DNA of 31,497 nt from Candidatus Aegiribacteria sp. GTDB taxonomy: Bacteria; Fermentibacterota; Fermentibacteria; Fermentibacterales; JCC-6. Both the position numbers and the translations under genes were made by a program. Shown here piece after piece: positions 26,494-31,497 of this stretch. The notes below the pieces were generated by a model, which did no database searches, was not told the DNA's origin, and saw only the letters and a list, made by a program, of their open reading frames with translations. The stretch spans positions 1-31,497 of the forward strand of contig DAOWNO010000001.1 of the NCBI GenBank assembly GCA_030642525.1, given 5' to 3'. Position 1 is the stretch's first letter, and every line of letters starts with the position of its first letter.

Positions 26494-27315
26494 TCAGTTC
26501 GCGGAACATAATTCCAGTACAGCGAGCTCCGGTCTGCAGTTCAGCCTTACCGGCGGGCTTCCTACACCGATGCCTCTTGATACGTAAACCATTGTTTTTC
26601 CATTCCAGACAGTACCGGAGCGGTATTTCTGTCCGTAATATGAGGGTAGAATCGGAGCGCCAACTAAGGGAAGTACGATCTGTCCGCCATGTGTATGCCC
26701 CGCAAGAACAAGATCAGCAGTACCCTCCGGTATCTCCTCAGCGAAATCGGGATTGTGTGTTATCAGGATTACAGGCCCGCTGTATTGCTCGGGCCGGCAG
26801 CCATCCAGAAGCTGTTCATCTTCCCATAGATCTCCAACTCCCCATATTCTGATCGAATCATCTCCTCTCGTAATCCATGTTCCCCTGTTTCTGAGGACTT
26901 CCGAACCGGCCAGATCATGCAGAAGCGTCTGGGTGAGTTCCGCGTCCTCCCAGTGATCATGATTACCAAGAACTGCGCACGATGGAGGAGTGAGATCGGC
27001 AAGAATCCTCATGCATGGTTCTATGTAATCTGCACTGTGCATCACATAGTCGCCGCCGAGCGCTACCAGATCGATCTTCATTGAATTAACCAGAGTTACT
27101 GCGTTTTCCACCCATGATTCGGTGACAAACGGTCCAAGATGAATATCGGTGAGAAACGCAATTCGAAAACCTCTGAATTTCAGCGGCAGATTAGCCATGG
27201 GTACCTGTATATGTGTGATATCAAGCCAGCGAGGTTCAATGAATGAAGACCAGAAACCTCCTGCTCCAGCAGCGGTAAAGGCTGCCGCAGTTTTCAGGAA
27301 AGCTCTTCTGTTCAT
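26494..27315 (-). CDS. Tat-signal calcineurin-like metallophosphoesterase (YkuE/YaeI-like)
   Basis: Twin-arginine MNRRAFLK; motifs TDIH, GGDYV, GNHD, HNPD, GHTHGGQ, YVSRGIG. Confidence 0.92.
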   Translation of the reverse strand: MNRRAFLKTAAAFTAAGAGGFWSSFIEPRWLDITHIQVPMANLPLKFRGFRIAFLTDIHLGPFVTESWVENAVTLVNSMKIDLVALGGDYVMHSADYIEPCMRILADLTPPSCAVLGNHDHWEDAELTQTLLHDLAGSEVLRNRGTWITRGDDSIRIWGVGDLWEDEQLLDGCRPEQYSGPVILITHNPDFAEEIPEGTADLVLAGHTHGGQIVLPLVGAPILPSYYGQKYRSGTVWNGKTMVYVSRGIGVGSPPVRLNCRPELAVLELCSAN

Positions 27316-28304
27316 TGAATTGCCTGCATCGAAAAACAGTCAATAATATCCAGTATCCACATGACTGATTCAGGACTGGTAAATAGCGATTTCATGGATA
27401 CGCTGATTTCAGCATCCTGATTCCTGTAATAAACGGAAACTTCATGTCCGTCCGTGTGATCATAATTCCACAGAGGGATTAAATCCGTTGGACAATGTCC
27501 TATTCCTCTGAGAGAATCAGTCAGAAAAAGGAGAGCGTCAATCGGCAAACCATTAATGGAAACCAGATTCCAGGCATGAAACAGAAGACTGTCGGTTCCG
27601 ATTCTTACCAGTCCTCCCACTGTCTGAAGATCCAGACCAATCTCGCTGCTTCTTTCCCTGAGCATATTTGCCATTTCGAGACATGGTCCCTGATTATCAG
27701 TTGCGGCGGGAATTGAAAGAGATCTGATCAATGAAGTCAGATCCTCAAATGATATATCCATACCGGGAGAGACTGAGGAGAATGGTCTGAACGTGTACGG
27801 GTTCTGGGTTATATGCAGAACAAGTGGCAGGATGATTTGTGTTTTTCCCGGAAGAGTGGGAATATGGTGCTTCAGCAGATTTCCATCCTGTGCAAACGAG
27901 CTGGCCAGACAATCAATCCTCTGGTAAGGCGGGTGTGATTCAGGAACAGGTATCTCTACGGTGATGTCGGTTGCGGGAATATCACTGTCATTGCTGATTA
28001 TAGCCTGGAGGATCAGGAGAGTATCAAGCGTTCTGGTTCCGCTTATTCTGGTATCCAGCCATTCAGCAAGAAGAGGGTCGGAAGCGGAATTGGCCGCCAG
28101 ATTGTAGCATCCTGCTGCCCGGGGGAATCTCCCTGCTATCTCCAGCAGCACAGCAAGATCAATACCTGCCTGTCCGCCGTCTCTTGCCGCGATTTCGGCG
28201 AATAGAATTGCCCGATCCGGAATGCTGCCGAGTGTTACAAGATTCCAGGAGGAATCCTGAGGTGAATAAGTGTATGCCAGGAGCAGTATCAGCAGAAAAT
28301 TCAA
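27312..28304 (-). CDS. Exported protein with a putative transglutaminase-like (Cys-His-Asp) core
   Basis: Signal-like MNFLLILLLAY; GPCLEMANML..GG..FHAWNL..PID spacing matches transglutaminase-like triads; overlaps both neighbours by 4 nt. Confidence 0.6.
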   Translation of the reverse strand: MNFLLILLLAYTYSPQDSSWNLVTLGSIPDRAILFAEIAARDGGQAGIDLAVLLEIAGRFPRAAGCYNLAANSASDPLLAEWLDTRISGTRTLDTLLILQAIISNDSDIPATDITVEIPVPESHPPYQRIDCLASSFAQDGNLLKHHIPTLPGKTQIILPLVLHITQNPYTFRPFSSVSPGMDISFEDLTSLIRSLSIPAATDNQGPCLEMANMLRERSSEIGLDLQTVGGLVRIGTDSLLFHAWNLVSINGLPIDALLFLTDSLRGIGHCPTDLIPLWNYDHTDGHEVSVYYRNQDAEISVSMKSLFTSPESVMWILDIIDCFSMQAIQ

Positions 28305-29521
28305 CTTTCCAGCCCCTTTACCGGATCCAGCCTGGCAGCTTTCATGGCAGGAAGAACGCCGGAGCTGATGCTGAGCAGGAATGCGATGAAACCAACCAGG
28401 ACAACTTCCGGAATTGAAATACTCACAGGGATGTTTTCATGAAACGAGTACACATCAGGGAGCTGAATGATGCTTGTTTCACCAATTACCCAGCAACAGG
28501 CAAATCCGATCATCAATCCGAGGAATACACCGATAACTCCTACAAGAGCTCCTTCCCACAGGAATACTTTGAAGATAAGACTGTCCGTCGCACCCATTGC
28601 TTTAAGGACGGAAATATCATTCATCCGTTCAATTGCCGACCTGGATATGGTTCCCATGATGTTGAATGTCGCTACAAGGGTAATGAGTAGAAGTGCCAGA
28701 AATGCTCCCATTCTTTCCAGTTTCATTGAAGCTGTCAGATCCGGATTCAGTTCCCTCCATGTTTTGATGGAAATAGAAGCCGGAAGTATTTCGCGGATAT
28801 CCTTCGCAGTCTCTTCAGGGGAGAAACCTTCTGCCGGGTGGATATTCATTCCCGAATAGCCACCGTCGGGGAGATACATTCTCTGTGCCAGATCGAGAGG
28901 AATGTACGCAAGAGTTTCATCATTGACGGGGAGCCCTGTTTCCACCGCGCCGGAGAGAATAACTCTGCCAATGGCATGGCTCCTGCTGGAGAAGAACGCT
29001 TTCGGGGGGAAGAGGAAAAGAGTGTCTCCAATCGGGTGAAAGAACTCCTCGGCAAGGTATATGCCCATTATGACGCAGTCACTTCCCTCCGGAGTTGACA
29101 GAGTCAGTTCCCCATATGAGAGCTTGCTGCCCATCATACCTTCTGCGAACTCCTCCTGGTTCACGCCAAGTATTCTGCATCCTGAATCCACTCCCCTTGA
29201 AGGAAGTCGAATTATTGCTTCTCCCTTTATGAACGGTGAAATACTGCTGACAGAAGGAAGAATTTCTATTTCCGCGAGGAAATCGTCTGTCAGATGGAGA
29301 ACGTTTCCGCTGTCCGGCATGATTGTAAGAGGAGAATCAACCGTTATGACAGATTCCTCGATAAAATCCTCAAGTCCTGTAAGCACGCCCATTACAATCA
29401 TCAGCGCGCCAACTCCAAGAGCTACACCGGCGACACTGACCACTGTGGAGAAAGCAAAGCACTTCCTTCTTGGATGCCTTCGAAGGTATCGCCACGCAAG
29501 GTGCCAGGAAAGCAAATTCAT
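28301..29521 (-). CDS. lolE: LolC/E-family ABC transporter permease (lipoprotein-releasing system type)
   Basis: LAWRYLRR..STVVSVAGVALGVGALMIVMGVLTG, TWRELN..SMKLER, VATFNIMG..ERMNDISVLKAMGA, LPAMKAARLDPV. GGAGG SD supports ATG 29521 rather than TTG 29533. Confidence 0.88.
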   Translation of the reverse strand: MNLLSWHLAWRYLRRHPRRKCFAFSTVVSVAGVALGVGALMIVMGVLTGLEDFIEESVITVDSPLTIMPDSGNVLHLTDDFLAEIEILPSVSSISPFIKGEAIIRLPSRGVDSGCRILGVNQEEFAEGMMGSKLSYGELTLSTPEGSDCVIMGIYLAEEFFHPIGDTLFLFPPKAFFSSRSHAIGRVILSGAVETGLPVNDETLAYIPLDLAQRMYLPDGGYSGMNIHPAEGFSPEETAKDIREILPASISIKTWRELNPDLTASMKLERMGAFLALLLITLVATFNIMGTISRSAIERMNDISVLKAMGATDSLIFKVFLWEGALVGVIGVFLGLMIGFACCWVIGETSIIQLPDVYSFHENIPVSISIPEVVLVGFIAFLLSISSGVLPAMKAARLDPVKGLES

Positions 29522-29553
29522 AATGTCCTCCAACCAGTCCGCATATCACCGGA

Positions 29554-29577
29554 GTTACTGCTGTAACATAACGTAAC
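29554..29577. repeat. Tandem pentamer (GTTAY)x3 joined to a GTTAC-N4-GTAAC palindrome upstream of lolE
   Basis: Minus strand reads GTTAC GTTAT GTTAC AGCA GTAAC, 33-56 nt upstream of the lolE ATG. Confidence 0.6.
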
Positions 29578-29787
29578 CTGATGAATAATACGAACTAAAT
29601 AGCCTGCAAATATAACCTGCCGGAGGCGCGAGCAGCTTTCAACGGGAATATGACAGAGCAGTCTTACGGGTTTCAGTCAGGTTGTATATACTTCATATGA
29701 AGCATCATCATCCATGATTCGAAAGTGAGATTCAATGCATGGGAACATATCCTGAAAACCGGAGTTATATTCATTCATCCTGACACC

Positions 29788-29833
29788 TTGCACCGTATGT
29801 TCGGTATTGAGTAGTATCCCATACTGAAAGGAG
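29788..29833 (+). promoter_or_regulatory. Putative promoter and SD of the C25/PorU-like gene
   Basis: TTGCAC (29788-29793), 18-nt spacer, TAGTAT (29812-29817); AAGGAG (29828-29833) lies 6 nt before TTG 29840. Confidence 0.45.
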
Positions 29834-29839
29834 CTGAAT

Positions 29840-31497
29840 TTGCTTCAGTTATTATTGGTTGTATGCATACTGAATATGCGGGTTCAATCAGACATTGTTT
29901 CCGTGGATTACTCCGGTCCGGACGGATGCTCATTTTCAGTAGTGATAGGTGAACCTGATTTTTATGAATACGGCGAGTACTGGTATCCTGTAATACATGG
30001 AATGGGATTATCCCATGCAGAGGGAGAGTACGTAACTCCTGTCAGAACATATTTCATACCCGTTCCGCCAGGATGCGAACCGGTCATTACATGTACACCG
30101 GTAGATTTCCAGAGAGTTGAGCTGCCCGGTCCATTCCTTGTCACGCCGGTTCCGACCGGTTCCGGCCTGGACACCGAATGGATTATTCCCGCGATTACAC
30201 CTGCCGGCCGCCGCGGGGATTATGCTGAACTTGAAACAATGCATATGGCCGGAACAACCGTTGCCGCAGTAACCGTTACGCCGTTCGCGACAGGGAACAA
30301 TTCAAGAATTCCTTCTGAGATGAATATTCGTCTTGAATGGCCATCGAGAAGCGGCTCCCGCGAGATAGGCAATCCGCTTCTCAGCGCTCTCTGCCTTCCC
30401 TCCCTTGTTTACTGGCCGGGTTCCACTGAACGGGCTTCAAGCCCGTTCTGGGGACTTCCATGGGTTAGAATAGCCATTTCTTCTACCGGTTTTTATTCGG
30501 TAACCGGCGATGAGCTTGCTCAGGCCGGGTGCGATGTAACAGGTGCTCCGTCGAGCTCAATTCGGATGTTCGGAGGATCTGGAACACAATTTGATCTCAT
30601 GGATCCTGGAGAAGAGCATTCACTGAGCGAGATTGCAATTGAGGTAAATGACGGAGGAGACGGGATATTCGACCAATCCGATAATATCAGATTCTTCGCG
30701 CAGGATCTGAACAGGTTTGCTTTCAGCGAAGGAGTATCTGAAAGGCTTTATCACCGCTATGCAACCCATAATGTCTACTGGCTCACATGGGGAGGTGAAG
30801 ACGGCCTGAGAATGGATACTCTGGACGCGACACCAGACGGATCTCCGGCATGGGGCGACAGCCTTCTTCATAGCCTCTGGCAGGAACAGGATTATATCTG
30901 GGTCGGCGGTTATGAGGACAGTACAGGATGGGTATGGTCAATGCTTTACGAGAACATTCCCGGTTACTTCTATTTCTCGAGTTCATCAGTTGACGGAGAT
31001 AGCAGACTGGACATTTCCCTCATATCGAGTTCCTCCTGTGATCACGACATTCTCTTTGAGCTTAACGGAGATCTGATTGCCGACACATCCTTTAACGGAA
31101 GAGTTGAACAGATATTCACATTCGAGGGGCTTACTTTTGACCTATCCATGAACCTTCTTAAAGTGACAGCCCTGAACGACCCGGGAACAGTCTATTTCAA
31201 TTACTTCCAGGCTGATTATCCCAGGCGCCTGTCTTACGCCGCAGGGCGATTACTGCGCTTTACCGATATTGTTCAAGGAAAGTACAGCTTCTCAATGGGG
31301 GGCGCCGAGGACTCGTACAGTCTTCTGGATGTCTCAGATCCGTTCGCTGTTAGGAGGCTGAAGGGCAGTACAGCAGGCGGACTGCTCAATGTATCACTTG
31401 AAGTTGAGCCCGAATCCGAACTGTGGCTCACGGGAACTGACAGTTATCTGTCTCCTGACTCTCTGCTTCCGGCTGAACCGGGGCGGATAATCGGAAC
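29840..31497 (+). CDS. PorU / peptidase C25 (gingipain-like) family protein, N-terminal part (runs off the right edge)
   Basis: Hand translation gives 552 uninterrupted codons: signal-like MLQLLLVVCILN; propeptide-like PVRTYFIPVPPG; PorU-like WVRIAISSTGFYSVTGDELAQAG..IRMFGGSG..EIAIEVNDGGDGIFDQSDNIRFFA..NVYWLTWG. The catalytic domain lies outside the window. Confidence 0.72.
   Translation, partial: MLQLLLVVCILNMRVQSDIVSVDYSGPDGCSFSVVIGEPDFYEYGEYWYPVIHGMGLSHAEGEYVTPVRTYFIPVPPGCEPVITCTPVDFQRVELPGPFLVTPVPTGSGLDTEWIIPAITPAGRRGDYAELETMHMAGTTVAAVTVTPFATGNNSRIPSEMNIRLEWPSRSGSREIGNPLLSALCLPSLVYWPGSTERASSPFWGLPWVRIAISSTGFYSVTGDELAQAGCDVTGAPSSSIRMFGGSGTQFDLMDPGEEHSLSEIAIEVNDGGDGIFDQSDNIRFFAQDLNRFAFSEGVSERLYHRYATHNVYWLTWGGEDGLRMDTLDATPDGSPAWGDSLLHSLWQEQDYIWVGGYEDSTGWVWSMLYENIPGYFYFSSSSVDGDSRLDISLISSSSCDHDILFELNGDLIADTSFNGRVEQIFTFEGLTFDLSMNLLKVTALNDPGTVYFNYFQADYPRRLSYAAGRLLRFTDIVQGKYSFSMGGAEDSYSLLDVSDPFAVRRLKGSTAGGLLNVSLEVEPESELWLTGTDSYLSPDSLLPAEPGRIIG

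Noticed and set aside
26280-26852. 190-aa plus-strand ORF
   Set aside because: Antisense to the aspartyl protease and metallophosphoesterase genes; no recognisable features.
29061-29576. 171-aa plus-strand Ser/Ile-rich ORF
   Set aside because: Typical antisense shadow of the lolE membrane gene.
29522-29839. Possible riboswitch, ncRNA or tRNA in the only long intergenic region, and a 33-codon minus-strand ORF (MNEYNSGF..)
   Set aside because: No tRNA cloverleaf or known riboswitch consensus seen, only short weak stems; the ORF has a poor SD. An Infernal/Rfam scan would be decisive.
1-31497. CRISPR arrays, IS elements, prophage or defence genes, and Sec/Pyl read-through
   Set aside because: No repeat-spacer arrays, terminal repeats or mobile/defence motifs; no in-frame TGA/TAG interrupts a conserved gene (the only in-frame junction noticed is the TAA before tgt).

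Overview
Gene-dense bacterial chromosomal window with about 30 CDS. I found no rRNA, tRNA, CRISPR array, transposase or integrase. Left to right: an edge-truncated TPR gene; a minus-strand operon (sensor kinase-like gene, queA, RDD-like membrane protein, tgt); a divergent plus-strand run (PTS EIIA domain, short C4 zinc-ribbon protein, guaB, membrane pseudokinase, carD, hflX, three small unknown ORFs, UPF0104-type membrane protein, yaiI); DUF4282 and TPR genes; lpdA-mazG; a REC-GAF-GGDEF protein; a beta-propeller; a three-gene biotin-dependent acyl-CoA carboxylase; a minus-strand envelope operon (lolC/E-like permease, transglutaminase-like protein, Tat metallophosphoesterase, twin-aspartyl-protease/PDZ lipoprotein); and, divergent from it, an edge-truncated PorU/peptidase-C25-like gene. 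Three ORFs (1..557, 13061..13219, 29840..31497) are absent from the supplied track and were translated by hand. The C25/PorU-like gene and split carboxylase suggest an FCB-group organism, possibly Fermentibacterota; this is an unverified inference. The best candidates for undescribed biology are (i) the envelope operon plus the divergent C25 gene, which would bring three peptidase chemistries together with a Lol-type permease, and (ii) the EIIA/zinc-ribbon/guaB/pseudokinase unit. Three signalling proteins in the window lack canonical catalytic or phosphoacceptor residues. All family calls rest on motif recognition by eye; no database searches were run.
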